A stretch of DNA of 64,000 nucleotides. It comes from an uncultured Lachnospiraceae bacterium. GTDB taxonomy: Bacteria; Bacillota; Clostridia; Christensenellales; UBA1242. The DNA is taken from contig CAZQMZ010000001.1 of NCBI GenBank assembly GCA_964594865.1, positions 11,563 through 75,562 of the forward strand. The letters run 5' to 3'. Shown here piece after piece: positions 18,450 through 29,952 of the stretch (the first letter of the stretch is position 1; every line of letters starts with the position of its first letter). The position numbers and the translations under genes were made by a program. The notes under the pieces are model-generated. The model had not been told where the DNA came from and did no database searches. It worked only from the letters and a program-made list of their open reading frames with translations.

Positions 18450-20681
18450 ATGGCTTTGACAGGAATTATTGAAGATATTGTATATCGAAATGATGAAAAT
18501 GGCTACACTGTGGCACGTCTTGAAAAGGACGAAAATATTGTCACTGTTGTGGGAAAGTTTATTGATGTTCAAGTTGGTGCAGAAGTCACTTTGGAAGGGA
18601 AGTTTGAAAAGACCAAATATGGTGTGCAGTATGTCTTTTCTTCCTATGAAATGTCCGCACCAAAATCTCTTGCTGGAATTGAAAAATATCTTGGAAGTGG
18701 GCTCATTCGTGGCGTTGGGCCGGTGACGGCAAGAAAAATTGTTGAACACTTTGGAAAGGACACTTTGGATGTTCTGGAATATACTCCGCAAAAATTGGCT
18801 CAAATTTCTGGCATAAGTGAGAAAAAAGCGGTGGAAATCGGTTTTTCTTTCAAGGAACATCGTGATGTGCAAAACACAATCATTTATCTTCAAAATTTCA
18901 ATATCACCACCAACATGGCGCTGAAAATTTATCATGTCTATAAAGAAAAAACCACAGAAATTGTCAAAAACAATCCATACAAACTTGTTGAAGACATTGA
19001 CGGCATTGGCTTTGTGACGGCCGATCGAATCGCGCAAAATGTCGGAATTCCAACCGACAGTGTTTTTCGTGTGCGTGCGGGACTTATTTATGTGCTCAAA
19101 ACTTCTTGTGAAAAAAATGGAAACACATATTTGCCGAAAAATATGCTCTTTGGCGAAGCATCAAAAGCTCTTGAACTTGATTTCGAAGAATACGAAAGCA
19201 GGTTCACCGAAGCATTCGACAGTCTTTGTCTTGACCGAATGGTTGTCACTACATGGGTGGAAGGTAGTGAAATTGTCATGCTTTCACAATATTTCTATTA
19301 TGAAAATGTGATTGCACAGAAACTTGTGTGGCTCGCTTGTTGCCAAAAGGACGAAAAATGTGATATTTCGGATGATATTGCAAGTTTCGAACAGAGAAAT
19401 GGCATAGCATTCCATGATGAACAGAAAAAAGCTATTGAAGGAGCGATAAACAATGGTGTCTATGTCATCACAGGAGGTCCGGGAACGGGAAAGACCACAA
19501 TAATTAAGTGCATTTTGGAGATTTTACGCGCACAAAGAAAGGAAGTTGCTCTGTGTGCACCAACGGGAAGAGCTTCAAAAAGGATGAGCGACAGCACAGG
19601 CAGTGAAGCCAAGACCATTCATCGTCTTTTGGAAGTCAACACAATTGACAACGAGCAAAGTTTCTTTTCGCACAACGAAAGCAATCCGTTGAAAGTGGAC
19701 TGTGTGATTGTCGACGAAGTTTCCATGGTGGATGTGGCACTTATGTCCTCTCTTCTCAAAGCTCTTCCACGCGATTGCAAACTGATTTTAGTGGGGGATA
19801 AGGATCAATTGCCAAGTGTTGGGCCCGGAAATGTGCTTGCCGACATTTTGGCAAGTGGTGTGATTGGTTTTTGCATGCTCTCAAAAATATTCAGACAAGA
19901 CGAAAAAAGTTTGATCATAACCAATGCTCATCTCATAAATGAAGGCAAAATGCCACTTATTGACAACACAAGTTTGGATTTCTTTTTTGAAAGTAAGCCG
20001 GAACTTGAAGATATCCAAAATGCCATTGTTGAACTTGTCACACGAAGATTGCCGAACTATCTCAACATCGACCCAAAACAAATTCAAGTGCTTGCACCAC
20101 TCAAAGCGGGCGTGTGCGGAATTGAAAATCTCAACAAGGTTTTGCAAGAGCGCATAAATCCGCCTAGTCCAGAAAAAAGACAACTGGAATTTGTGAGAAC
20201 CATTTTTCGTGAGGGCGACAAAGTTATGCAAACCAGCAACAACTATGACCTTGAATGGCGCAAACACGGTCGCTTTGCCGATGAAATAGGCAAGGGGGTG
20301 TTCAACGGAGATATTGGAATGATTGAAACAATCGACTCTCAAACCGGAGAAGTTATTGTCAATTTTGAAGATGGGAGAATTTGCAAATATACACGCATCG
20401 ACCTTTCGGACTTGTCTTTGTCTTATGCCATCACGATCCACAAAAGTCAAGGGTCAGAGTTTGATGTCATCATCATTCCGGCAATTGCTGGTCCAAGCAT
20501 CATTTTGACGCGAAATCTCATCTACACCGCGGTGACGCGTGCGAAGAAAATGGTGGTCATTGTGGGTGAAAAACAATATCTCAAACGCATGGTGTCGAAC
20601 AAATATACCGCCACACGTTTCACCAATCTCAAACGCCTTTTGATTGAAGCAAACTCCAAGGTCAACACGCTTTTTGAGTAG
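18450..20681 (+). CDS. recD2: ATP-dependent RecD2 helicase
   Basis: N-terminal OB fold and HhH, GGPGTGKTT, DEVSM, YAITIHKSQGSEF, YTAVTRAK. Confidence 0.96.
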   Translation: MALTGIIEDIVYRNDENGYTVARLEKDENIVTVVGKFIDVQVGAEVTLEGKFEKTKYGVQYVFSSYEMSAPKSLAGIEKYLGSGLIRGVGPVTARKIVEHFGKDTLDVLEYTPQKLAQISGISEKKAVEIGFSFKEHRDVQNTIIYLQNFNITTNMALKIYHVYKEKTTEIVKNNPYKLVEDIDGIGFVTADRIAQNVGIPTDSVFRVRAGLIYVLKTSCEKNGNTYLPKNMLFGEASKALELDFEEYESRFTEAFDSLCLDRMVVTTWVEGSEIVMLSQYFYYENVIAQKLVWLACCQKDEKCDISDDIASFEQRNGIAFHDEQKKAIEGAINNGVYVITGGPGTGKTTIIKCILEILRAQRKEVALCAPTGRASKRMSDSTGSEAKTIHRLLEVNTIDNEQSFFSHNESNPLKVDCVIVDEVSMVDVALMSSLLKALPRDCKLILVGDKDQLPSVGPGNVLADILASGVIGFCMLSKIFRQDEKSLIITNAHLINEGKMPLIDNTSLDFFFESKPELEDIQNAIVELVTRRLPNYLNIDPKQIQVLAPLKAGVCGIENLNKVLQERINPPSPEKRQLEFVRTIFREGDKVMQTSNNYDLEWRKHGRFADEIGKGVFNGDIGMIETIDSQTGEVIVNFEDGRICKYTRIDLSDLSLSYAITIHKSQGSEFDVIIIPAIAGPSIILTRNLIYTAVTRAKKMVVIVGEKQYLKRMVSNKYTATRFTNLKRLLIEANSKVNTLFE

Positions 20682-20763
20682 CAAAATTCCTTAACGCTGA
20701 TCAAAATTGAATGAAAAAAGCCATAATAATGAGTTATGGCTTTTGTTTTTATTAATTTTTATG

Positions 20764-23463
20764 TCAAGCATTTTTTGCTTCAGTTGTTCTCTTTTTAGTT
20801 TTCTTCTCTTTTTCGAGAGCTTCTTTTTCATTGGTTGTGTTTTCTTCTTTTTCTCTTGTCTTCTTTTTGTGCGTTTCCTTTTTGGTGTCGCCCGTCTTTT
20901 CAATTTTCTTTTCTTTTTTCACGCGTTTCTTTTTCTTTTTAACTATAATCTCTTTGGTGTCTTGCACAGCGTTTTCATTCAATTCTTCTTCATCTTTGTC
21001 TTTAATTTTGAATTTTGACATAACAATTTGCCAAAAGGCCGGTTTGACGTTCTCTCCACTTGCAGTTTTGAATTGATGTTTTGTTCTGAACCACTCTTGA
21101 AAATAATATACTCCAACAACCACCAAAATTGTGCAAAGACAGAGTGTTGCCAAAGTTATCATCACAGGGAAAGTGAATTGCGTGATTGAGAAGAAACGAC
21201 CAAGACCGGAAATACTGCAAATAATCATCACTGCCGATAAAGAAACACAGATCGTTTTCAACCAATTGAAAGGCAGGCAAATCCAAACGAGATTGATATA
21301 GCCAATGGCAGTCAACAACATTGTGCAAAGAGAGGTGAATTCTTCGGAGGTCAAGGTGGTGCTGGTGTCATTCAGGATGAGAACAATCAAAATGTTGACA
21401 AACATCAGCAGGGCACACGGAATGGATTTTTTCAAGACCTGCGGGATGAAGTTTCCGCGAATTAGTTCGTTGTTTGGCTGGAATGTGAGAATAAAGGACG
21501 GCAAGCCGATGATGAATATTTCCAAAAGCAGAAGTTGTTTTGGTGTGAAAGGATAGGAAATTCGAAGAAGCAAGGTTGTGAAGCAAAGAATGATTGTGAA
21601 GACGGTCTTCATGAGATATAGAACTGACGATTTTTGAACATTGTTGACAATCTGTCGACCTTCATTGACAATTGCTGGTAATGCCGAGAAGTTGCTTTCC
21701 ATAAGCACAAGGTGAGAAACGTTGCGGGCAACTTCGCTTCCATCAGCCATGGCGATTGAACAGTTTGCTTCTTTCAAAGCAAGGGTGTCATTGACGCCGT
21801 CACCGGTCATGGCAACAACATTTCCTTGAGTTTTGAGAGTTTTCACAATGACATGCTTTTGTTCTGGCGTAACACGTCCAAAAACAGTGAATTTGTTGGC
21901 GATTTGTGCCACTTCTTGAAGGCTCATATTCTCCAAAGAAACAAATTTGTCGCTGTTTTCCACTCCAACTCTCTTGGCAATCTTGGAAACTGTCAAGGCA
22001 TCGTCACCAGAGATGATTTTCACTTCAACATTGTTTTGTTTGAACCAAGTGATTGTTTCAATTGCATCTTTTCTTATGTGATCTTCCAACACAAAGATTG
22101 CAATCAATTTGCCATTTTTTCCAGCTGTCTTTTCGTTGTAAGTGCTGGAATCTTCAACAAGTCCAATCACGCGCAAACCTTTGTCCATATATCCATTCAT
22201 CTCATTTTTTTGCGCTGTTGTGACGGCACATTTGATGAATCCAATGGCACCGATATAATACGTTTTTCCATTCTTCAACGTTGTTGCGGAATATTTTCTC
22301 GAAGAAGAAAATTCCAAAACGTTTTTGATGTCGTTTGTGATTTCTGTTCCAAAATGTTCGGTCAATGCCACGCTGGTGGCGTTCATGGTTTTTTGTCCAG
22401 CTAAAACGGTTTTCATAATTTTTTCAACTTTATTCAATTTGACTCCGTTTTGTGGAGAAACTTGCACAACTTTCATTGTTCCATCTGTGATTGTTCCTGT
22501 TTTGTCAAGGCAAAGAATGTTTGCACGAGCCAACATTTCAATTGAATATAGGTTCTTCACCAAAGTCTTTTTTCGAGCAAGTTTGATCACTCCAACCGAA
22601 AGACCGACGGTGATCAAAAGATACATTCCCGCTGGAATCATGCCAGTCAATGCACCACTTGTGCTCGTGATGGCGTCAGTGATTGTGTTGCCAGAGAGAA
22701 AATATTCCTTGCAGAAAGTCAAAACACCAATTGGAATCAAAATCACAATGATGATTTTGATCAAATTGTTCAAATCTTTAAACAGGTTGGAAGTTTGAGG
22801 TTTGAAGTCTTTGGTTCGTTCTGCAACAGTTTGGATGTAGTTGTTCTTTCCCACTTTATCCACACGTGCATAACATTTTCCCGAAACCAAAAAACTGCCA
22901 GCAAGGAGAGTGTCTCCTTCGTTTTTCTTGATGCTGTTGCTTTCTCCTGTCAAAAGACTTTCATTGGCTTCCACAGAGCCTTCAATGATGATGCAGTCAG
23001 CAGGAATTTGATTTCCGTTTTCAAGGATGATGACATCGTCCAACAATAAATTTTCGCTCTTAATTTCAACTTCAAAACCAATTCTGATGGCTTTGATTTT
23101 TGGGACGGTGACCATGGAAAGTTTTTCGACGGTGATTTTTGCCTTGATTTCTTGAAATATGGAGATTGCAGTGTTTGCAATGACGACAAAAAGAAAGATT
23201 AAGTCTCCCCACGCATTGACGCACATCAAAGCCACAGCAATAACCAACCAAATCAAGTTGAAAAATGTGAAAGTGTTTTTGGTGATTATCGAAAAATATG
23301 AATTTGAAGTTCGAATTTTTGTGTCGTTGACAAGTTTGTGTTCAATACGCTCGTTGACTTGTTCTTCAGAAAGACCTATTTCCTTATCTGTTTGATAACG
23401 AACAATTGGAATTTCTTGAATAATCTGCTTTCTTTTCTTTTTTGTCTTCAACTTTCTTTTCAT
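20764..23463 (-). CDS. Cation-transporting P-type ATPase (CtpE-like)
   Basis: LTGES, DKTGT, SGDD, MTGDGVND; Lys-rich C-tail. Confidence 0.95.
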   Translation of the reverse strand: MKRKLKTKKKRKQIIQEIPIVRYQTDKEIGLSEEQVNERIEHKLVNDTKIRTSNSYFSIITKNTFTFFNLIWLVIAVALMCVNAWGDLIFLFVVIANTAISIFQEIKAKITVEKLSMVTVPKIKAIRIGFEVEIKSENLLLDDVIILENGNQIPADCIIIEGSVEANESLLTGESNSIKKNEGDTLLAGSFLVSGKCYARVDKVGKNNYIQTVAERTKDFKPQTSNLFKDLNNLIKIIIVILIPIGVLTFCKEYFLSGNTITDAITSTSGALTGMIPAGMYLLITVGLSVGVIKLARKKTLVKNLYSIEMLARANILCLDKTGTITDGTMKVVQVSPQNGVKLNKVEKIMKTVLAGQKTMNATSVALTEHFGTEITNDIKNVLEFSSSRKYSATTLKNGKTYYIGAIGFIKCAVTTAQKNEMNGYMDKGLRVIGLVEDSSTYNEKTAGKNGKLIAIFVLEDHIRKDAIETITWFKQNNVEVKIISGDDALTVSKIAKRVGVENSDKFVSLENMSLQEVAQIANKFTVFGRVTPEQKHVIVKTLKTQGNVVAMTGDGVNDTLALKEANCSIAMADGSEVARNVSHLVLMESNFSALPAIVNEGRQIVNNVQKSSVLYLMKTVFTIILCFTTLLLRISYPFTPKQLLLLEIFIIGLPSFILTFQPNNELIRGNFIPQVLKKSIPCALLMFVNILIVLILNDTSTTLTSEEFTSLCTMLLTAIGYINLVWICLPFNWLKTICVSLSAVMIICSISGLGRFFSITQFTFPVMITLATLCLCTILVVVGVYYFQEWFRTKHQFKTASGENVKPAFWQIVMSKFKIKDKDEEELNENAVQDTKEIIVKKKKKRVKKEKKIEKTGDTKKETHKKKTREKEENTTNEKEALEKEKKTKKRTTEAKNA

Positions 23464-23583
23464 TACGATTTCAAGTTTAATTAATTTTTATAAAAATGTC
23501 AAATAAATGTCAAATATAATTGACTTTTTTGTTAATTTATATTAAGATTTCTACTAAATAATTATGTCTTTGGGAGAAAAAAT

Positions 23584-24807
23584 ATGTTTATCAAAATCTC
23601 TGAGAATCTGAAAAAGCTATCAAAAATTTTTCCAGAAAATTTGTATATTGTCGGTGGCTATGTTCGAAACAAAATTTTAGGGATTGAAAGCGGTGATGTC
23701 GATTTGTGCTCTTGTGTCGACATTGAAGAAGTGGCAAAAAGGTTGAAAAAGACAGAGTTTTCTGTCAAAGTGAAGAATTTGAAATTGGGTTCGATTTTGA
23801 TTTATACCGGCGATGAGAGTTTTGAATATACTGCTTTCAGAAAAGAAGTCTATGCCGAAGGCGGAAGTCATTCTCCAATTGCTGTGGAACGCACTGACAA
23901 ACTTGAAGAAGATGTCAAAAGACGAGATTTTTCAATCAACTGCATTTATTATAACATCAACAAAGACGAATGTGTCGACCTTTGTCATGGCATTGTGGAT
24001 TTGACTGACAGAATTGTTCGCACATGCATCAATGCTGACGATGTTTTCAAAAATGATGGAGAAAGAATTCTTCGCATGGTGAGAATTGCAGGTGAACTTG
24101 GATTTAAGATTGAAAAGAACACTTTGGTTACTGCAAAAAAATATATACAAAATTTGAAGGAAATTTCAGGCACAAGAAAATTTGCTGAGATTGAAAAAAT
24201 TTTATATAGCGACAAACGATATGGTCTTGGCAACTTGAAGAAAGCACTTTCACTTTTGAACGAACTTGGCTTTTGGAAAATTTTGGGAATTGACATAAAA
24301 CAGATCAAATATAAAATGGTGTTCAAAGTTGATGACAGAGTGCTTGGACTTTTGATTGACATTGTGGACAGTGTGAAGCCTGATTGTTTGGAAAGCTTTT
24401 TGGAAAACCTTTTGAAAGAATTTGGGTTGAGTTCGGCTGTTGGCAAGAAAATTTTTGTCTATCTTGCAGGATATTATGACGCTCTGAATGGTATGAAAAA
24501 CAAAATCTATTTTTTTAAATATTTTGAAAATTGGTCGGGAATTTTTCCTTTGCTCACTTTCAAATCAAAACATGTTGCAAGCAAATATCAGTTCTTTTAT
24601 CAATATATCATCAAGCATAATTTGGTGATTCGAATTGCCGATTTGAAGATCAACGAAAACGACATCAAAGAAAATTTTTCAAAGATTGACAAAAGAAATT
24701 ATCAACGAATTTTGCAAAATCTTCTCGCCAAAGTCTTTGATGGGAAATTGGAAAATGAAAAAGAAATTTTGTTGAAAGAAATCAAAGAAAATTTGATAAA
24801 TTATTGA
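23584..24807 (+). CDS. cca: CCA tRNA nucleotidyltransferase
   Basis: YIVGGYVR, DVD, D..RRDFSIN, RILRMVR. Confidence 0.88.
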   Translation: MFIKISENLKKLSKIFPENLYIVGGYVRNKILGIESGDVDLCSCVDIEEVAKRLKKTEFSVKVKNLKLGSILIYTGDESFEYTAFRKEVYAEGGSHSPIAVERTDKLEEDVKRRDFSINCIYYNINKDECVDLCHGIVDLTDRIVRTCINADDVFKNDGERILRMVRIAGELGFKIEKNTLVTAKKYIQNLKEISGTRKFAEIEKILYSDKRYGLGNLKKALSLLNELGFWKILGIDIKQIKYKMVFKVDDRVLGLLIDIVDSVKPDCLESFLENLLKEFGLSSAVGKKIFVYLAGYYDALNGMKNKIYFFKYFENWSGIFPLLTFKSKHVASKYQFFYQYIIKHNLVIRIADLKINENDIKENFSKIDKRNYQRILQNLLAKVFDGKLENEKEILLKEIKENLINY

Positions 24808-24898
24808 TTTGATCCAATAAATAAAAACAAGAAAAAAAGACTTCTTGTTTTTATTTTTTTGTTTTCATAAATTTTTTTATTATTCACATAATAATGTT

Positions 24899-26491
24899 AT
24901 GAAAAAAGAAAAATCAGAAAAAAATGCAAAAAATTCCAAAAAAACGCAAAAAAACATAAAAAAAAGTGAAAAAAATGCAAAAAAATCGTCAAAAAAAGGA
25001 ATTTATTGGTTTTTGGGCGTTGCAACTTTGAGTGTGGGTTTGCTTCTTTCTTGTCAATTTTTCTTTGAAAATTCTGTTTCAGGAAACGAAACATTTTATG
25101 ACAACACATACATAAACGGCATCAATGTTGGTGGGATGAGTGTGGCGGAAGCGGAAAATGTTGTGCTGACGGACATGCTTTCTTCTTGCAAAGACATTGA
25201 AATCACACTTGAAAGTGGAGAAAAAAGTTGGACACTTTCAGGGAGTGATTTTGAGGTGACAAACAAAATTCAGCCAATCATAAAAAGACTTTCAAAAATT
25301 GGCAGGGAAGGAAATTTTTTCCAAAATTTGGTCAAAGAAAATGAAGTGAAAAGGGAAGGACAAAATTTCAATATTTCATACACAAACATATTGGGAAATA
25401 TCGATGAAAAAATTGACGACATCATTTTGGAAGTTGAGCAAGAGGCTCGTCCAGCAAGTTTGGTTTTTCAACCGGATGAAGATGAAGTTTTTTCTGTTGA
25501 TGAAGGGCAGTCGGCAATTTTGGTCAATCGTGATGCACTTTATCAAGAAATCGATGACGCTCTCAAAACTTCCAAAAAAGTGGAAATTGAAATTCCGATC
25601 ATTGAAATTGAAAATCAGTTTGATGCCGAAGCATTGAAAGACAGTGTGATCATGAGAAGCGAATTTTCAACATCATATTCCACAAGTTCGTCAGCAAGAA
25701 AAAACAACATAAAAAAAGCCATTTCTTCTTTCAATGGCATGATTGTGGAGAGCGGACAGACTGTTTCATTCAACGAAACAACCGGCCCGCGCACCGAAGA
25801 GCAAGGCTATCAAAATGCGCATATAATTGTCGGCGGTGTGTATGTGAATGGTGTCGGCGGTGGTGTTTGCCAAGCTTCAACAACATTGTATAATGCTCTT
25901 CTTCTTGCTGATATGGAAATTATCAGCGTCAATCATCATTCTCTTCCAGCATCATATGTTCCACTGTCATTTGATGCAATGGTGTCTGGAAATTATGCAG
26001 ATTTGGTGTTCAAGAACAATCAGCAAAGTCCAATTTACATCAAAACTTTCGCTGATGACGAAAATGTCACCGTGCAAATTTTTGGAGAGCGTTTTGAGGA
26101 TGATGTGATCATCAAAGAACGCGCCGAACTTGTGCAAATTCTTCCGCACGACGGAGATAAAATCGTGGCGGATGATAAGGGAGAATATCAAGATAAAATT
26201 CTCTATAAAGGGGAGTATTATCGGCTCAAATATCCGCGCGAAGGATATGAAAGCAAGGGGTTTTTGCAATACTATAAAAACGGCGAACTTGTGAATGAGA
26301 AAGAAGTTAGGCATGATTTCTATCAGCCTCAAAACGGCATCGTTATGGAAGGTGTGGAAGAACCAGCGGATGGGATTGAAATTCCTGCAAGTGAAGTGAA
26401 GATAATAAAACCGCAGAAACTGACCAAGACGAGTGAAGAGAGCGTTCAAACCAAACTTGAGAAAACAAATCCAAGTCAATATAATCCATAA
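24899..26491 (+). CDS. VanW family (YoaR-like) membrane-anchored protein
   Basis: FSTSY, R..NI, SFNETTGPR, GGGVCQASTTLYNA, HS....YVP...DA.V. Confidence 0.9.
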   Translation: MKKEKSEKNAKNSKKTQKNIKKSEKNAKKSSKKGIYWFLGVATLSVGLLLSCQFFFENSVSGNETFYDNTYINGINVGGMSVAEAENVVLTDMLSSCKDIEITLESGEKSWTLSGSDFEVTNKIQPIIKRLSKIGREGNFFQNLVKENEVKREGQNFNISYTNILGNIDEKIDDIILEVEQEARPASLVFQPDEDEVFSVDEGQSAILVNRDALYQEIDDALKTSKKVEIEIPIIEIENQFDAEALKDSVIMRSEFSTSYSTSSSARKNNIKKAISSFNGMIVESGQTVSFNETTGPRTEEQGYQNAHIIVGGVYVNGVGGGVCQASTTLYNALLLADMEIISVNHHSLPASYVPLSFDAMVSGNYADLVFKNNQQSPIYIKTFADDENVTVQIFGERFEDDVIIKERAELVQILPHDGDKIVADDKGEYQDKILYKGEYYRLKYPREGYESKGFLQYYKNGELVNEKEVRHDFYQPQNGIVMEGVEEPADGIEIPASEVKIIKPQKLTKTSEESVQTKLEKTNPSQYNP

Positions 26492-26555
26492 AGAAAAACC
26501 ATAATCAATGCAATTTCCTTTGTAATTCTGTTCATTTTTGAATATAATATAAAGA

Positions 26556-27344
26556 ATGGAAGAAGAAAAACAAGGCGAGAAAAATTCTGAGATTGTTGAA
26601 GTCAAAGAAGAAATTCAAGAAACAAAAAAGAAATCGCTGTCTTTAAAAAAGAAAATTTTTCGCATCACAATTGTCGTTGTGTTGCTTTGTGCTTTGTTCA
26701 CTTTGGCGTATTTCATCCTTGTTTGGACGGGAGCATGGGAATACGTAAATTCGGTGGAAAAAATCAGGCAGTTGATTTTGTCACTCGGCTTTTGGGGAAG
26801 ATTTGCTTTTGTTGTTATCCAATTTTTACAGGTGACCTTGTTGCCAATACCAGCAACAATTTCCACTCTTGCTGGGGTGTTGATTTATGGTCCGCTTCAA
26901 GCGGCACTTTTGAGTTTGGCGGGAATTTTGCTTGGAAGCGTTTTTGCATTTTGGCTTGGCAGAGTGTTTGGTCGCAGGCTTGTTTCATTTATGGTTGGTG
27001 AAGAAACTTGCGAAAAATGGACAAATTTTTTGACGAATGCAAAATATTCTTTCTTTTTGATGATGGTGTTGCCGATGTTTCCAGATGATGTCATCTGTCT
27101 GGTTGCTGGCTTGACAAACATGAGTTGGACCTTTTTTGTTGTCACCAATTTGATTTCTCGACCAATTGGAATTTTCTTGACTTGCTATCTTGGAAGTGGA
27201 AGCATAATTCCATATCACGGTTGGGGACTTGTGGCATGGGGTTTCATCATTGTGTTGGTTGCATGTTTACTGTTTTTGTCATATAGATATCGCACCCAAA
27301 TTGAAAACTTTATGCAAAAAATTTTTCATAACAAAAAAAGATGA
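26556..27344 (+). CDS. DedA/TVP38 (VTT domain) membrane protein
   Basis: LQVTLLPIP, G..YGP, LPMFPDD..C..AG. Confidence 0.9.
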   Translation: MEEEKQGEKNSEIVEVKEEIQETKKKSLSLKKKIFRITIVVVLLCALFTLAYFILVWTGAWEYVNSVEKIRQLILSLGFWGRFAFVVIQFLQVTLLPIPATISTLAGVLIYGPLQAALLSLAGILLGSVFAFWLGRVFGRRLVSFMVGEETCEKWTNFLTNAKYSFFLMMVLPMFPDDVICLVAGLTNMSWTFFVVTNLISRPIGIFLTCYLGSGSIIPYHGWGLVAWGFIIVLVACLLFLSYRYRTQIENFMQKIFHNKKR

Positions 27345-27433
27345 ACTATGAAATTAAATGATTTTTTTCAAATGTTTGACATTTTTTCTTTGTTTCGTTT
27401 ATAATCAAACTGAGTATCAAAAGGAGGTTGAAA

Positions 27434-28222
27434 ATGAAAATTGATTTGAAAGGTCAAACTGCCGTGGTTTACGGCGCAGGAAGGGGAATTGGCGAGGCTA
27501 TTGCGTTGGAATTGGCAAAAGTGGGTGCAACAGTCTATGTTGCCGACATTTTGGAAGAGAATTGCGAGCGTGTTGTCAAAGAAATCAAAAAACAGGGATA
27601 TCAAGGTTATGCCGTCAAGTGTGATGTCAGCAAGTTTGACGAAGTTGATGCCGTTATGGCAAAAGCTGAAAAGCAAACGGGCAGGTTGGATATTGTCATA
27701 AACAATGCGGGTATTGTCACCCTTGGCTCTTTTCTTGAAACAACACAAGAAGAAATCAAAAAACTTATTGATGTCAATTTGATGGGCACAAGCAATGGTT
27801 TGCAAGCGGGCGTTCGACGTATGCAAAAATATAACCATGGCAAAATTGTTTCAACAGCATCTTTTGCTGGGCGTCACGCCATGAAAGAAGGGTTTGCATA
27901 TTATGGCATGACCAAGGCCGCAATAATTTATCTCACGCAAGCGGCGGCGTATGCAGGCGCTGACTTTAACATCAATGTCAATTCCATTTGTCCGGGAATC
28001 ATTCGCACACCAATGTGGGAAAAGATTTTGGACAGCTATGTTGAAGCAGGGCAGGAGAGAGAATCTGCTTGGAAGGAAAGTCTCAAACATTTCATTCCAC
28101 TTGAAAGGGGTGACCAAAAGGCAGAAGACATCGCCTATGCCGTGCTCTTCCTTTGTTCAGAATATGCCGATCACATCACAGGTCAGGCACTGAATGTTGA
28201 CGGCGGAGCAGCAATGAATTGA
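27434..28222 (+). CDS. SDR family oxidoreductase
   Basis: GAGRGIG, NNAG, YGMTK, ITGQALNVDGG. Confidence 0.95.
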   Translation: MKIDLKGQTAVVYGAGRGIGEAIALELAKVGATVYVADILEENCERVVKEIKKQGYQGYAVKCDVSKFDEVDAVMAKAEKQTGRLDIVINNAGIVTLGSFLETTQEEIKKLIDVNLMGTSNGLQAGVRRMQKYNHGKIVSTASFAGRHAMKEGFAYYGMTKAAIIYLTQAAAYAGADFNINVNSICPGIIRTPMWEKILDSYVEAGQERESAWKESLKHFIPLERGDQKAEDIAYAVLFLCSEYADHITGQALNVDGGAAMN

Positions 28223-28278
28223 TTGTTTCAATTTCAAAAGCACTCGGACAAAGTCAACCGAGTGTTTTTTTGTCAAAA

Positions 28279-29820
28279 TCATTTGTTTTTTGCTTTAACT
28301 TTTTTTATTTTGACTTTTGAGAAATATTTTTCTTTGATTTTCACCATATAAACGGAGAAATTGATCACATTAAACACCAAGCAAAGCAGTGCGAACATAA
28401 CCATTCCGACAAGACTTGAAAACACCAAATTGAAGAAAGTTGGTAGGATGTATGAGAGTAATGAACTGACAAATGAAGTCGTCGCTATGACAGGCAGTGA
28501 GAACAACGCCATCAGCAACAAATTCTTTTTTAAATCCAATTTGATTTTGAGTTTGCGTTTGAGCATAAAGATATTTAAGCAAGCGGTGATGAGTGTGGAA
28601 ATGCCCATTCCAATCAAAATGGCATTGATTCCAACAAATCTAGGCAAAATCAAGACACTCAAAAGCTGAAAGACCGCGCCGATGAGAAAATTTATAAAAG
28701 ACTTCACTTCCAGCCCCACGGAATTTAGAATCGCCGAAGTTATGTTGTTTATCCCCATTGGAATCATGATCCAAGCGGAATATTGAAGAAGTGTTCCACT
28801 CAATGGCTCGTCATATATAAACGAACCAAATTTATCTCCAATTGCAACGAAAATTGGCGCAATCAAGAATGAAACAAACAAAGCAAACAAAATTGACGAA
28901 GAAACACGTTTCTGGATATGTTCGCTGTCGTTTTGCACCATCGCCATGGATATGTCCGGCACAAGCGCGGTTGAAAGAGAGCCTATGATTGAAGTTGGAA
29001 GAAACAGAAATGGCATTGTCATTCCAACAGCAATACCATAAAGGCTCATTGCTTGTGCACTTGTGTAACCAGCCAAAATGAGTTGTGCTGGCAGAATTAA
29101 GGCCACGAGCGGTTGAACAAAACTTCCTGCCACGCGAACTCCTGTGATAGGCGCAGACTGTCGAATGACTTTGCGATATATTTTTGACGGCTTGCCCAAT
29201 TTTCCGCCATAGAAAAAGAAGAGCAACATGACAAAAAATGCCGAAACGAAACAAGAGAGTGTAAATGACCATGCCACAGCCAATGCGTGTTGCAGTGCGG
29301 TCATTCCGGAAGCTATGAGAAGCACACAAATGACAATTTTGACAATTTCTTCAAAAAGTTCGGAGACACAAAGCCCGAAATAATTATCATTTCCCCACAT
29401 TGCACCACGAAATACGCTGTAAATTGAAGAAAAAATGAGCGATGGCATGAGAATTATCAAAATGTTCATGCAGTTTTCATCTGAAAAGAGATTGGAGAAA
29501 AGATTGCGAAAGATGAAAACAATCAGACATAACAGCACACTGGTTGCAAGACCCACGATTATGCTGGATGTTGCAAGACTTCCCATAGATTTTTTGTCTG
29601 AACGGACGCGGTAGCTTGCTGTCATTCGAGAGATGATCAGTGTGAAACCACTTGAAACGATTGTGAGAAGGACCATAAACACCGACGAGGCGACTTGATA
29701 CATCCCCAACGCTTCTGCACCAATTGCACGAGAAAGAAAGATTCGAAAAAAGAAACCCAACATTCGGGTCAGCAGTGTGAAGATTGTTATGGTGGCGACA
29801 CTTTTGAAGATTGATTTCAT
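28279..29820 (-). CDS. spoVB: Stage V sporulation protein B / MOP flippase
   Basis: TRMLGFFFRIFLSRAIGAEALGMYQ, SLSTALVPDIS; sigE-like promoter. Confidence 0.85.
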   Translation of the reverse strand: MKSIFKSVATITIFTLLTRMLGFFFRIFLSRAIGAEALGMYQVASSVFMVLLTIVSSGFTLIISRMTASYRVRSDKKSMGSLATSSIIVGLATSVLLCLIVFIFRNLFSNLFSDENCMNILIILMPSLIFSSIYSVFRGAMWGNDNYFGLCVSELFEEIVKIVICVLLIASGMTALQHALAVAWSFTLSCFVSAFFVMLLFFFYGGKLGKPSKIYRKVIRQSAPITGVRVAGSFVQPLVALILPAQLILAGYTSAQAMSLYGIAVGMTMPFLFLPTSIIGSLSTALVPDISMAMVQNDSEHIQKRVSSSILFALFVSFLIAPIFVAIGDKFGSFIYDEPLSGTLLQYSAWIMIPMGINNITSAILNSVGLEVKSFINFLIGAVFQLLSVLILPRFVGINAILIGMGISTLITACLNIFMLKRKLKIKLDLKKNLLLMALFSLPVIATTSFVSSLLSYILPTFFNLVFSSLVGMVMFALLCLVFNVINFSVYMVKIKEKYFSKVKIKKVKAKNK

Positions 29821-29827
29821 ACAAAAC

Positions 29828-29856
29828 ATTTTATGTTTGAAGTTTGAAAATTAGAC
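29828..29856 (-). promoter_or_regulatory. sigE-like promoter of spoVB (apparently leaderless)
   Basis: GTCTAAT-N14-CATAAAAT, 7 nt before ATG. Confidence 0.6.
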
Positions 29857-29952
29857 AAGTTGTCGAAAATTTTGTGACTTAAAATTGAGAAAAAAATGAA
29901 CTTTTGCCATTTTTGGTAAATTTTTTGTCAATTTTGTTAATATAAATATAAC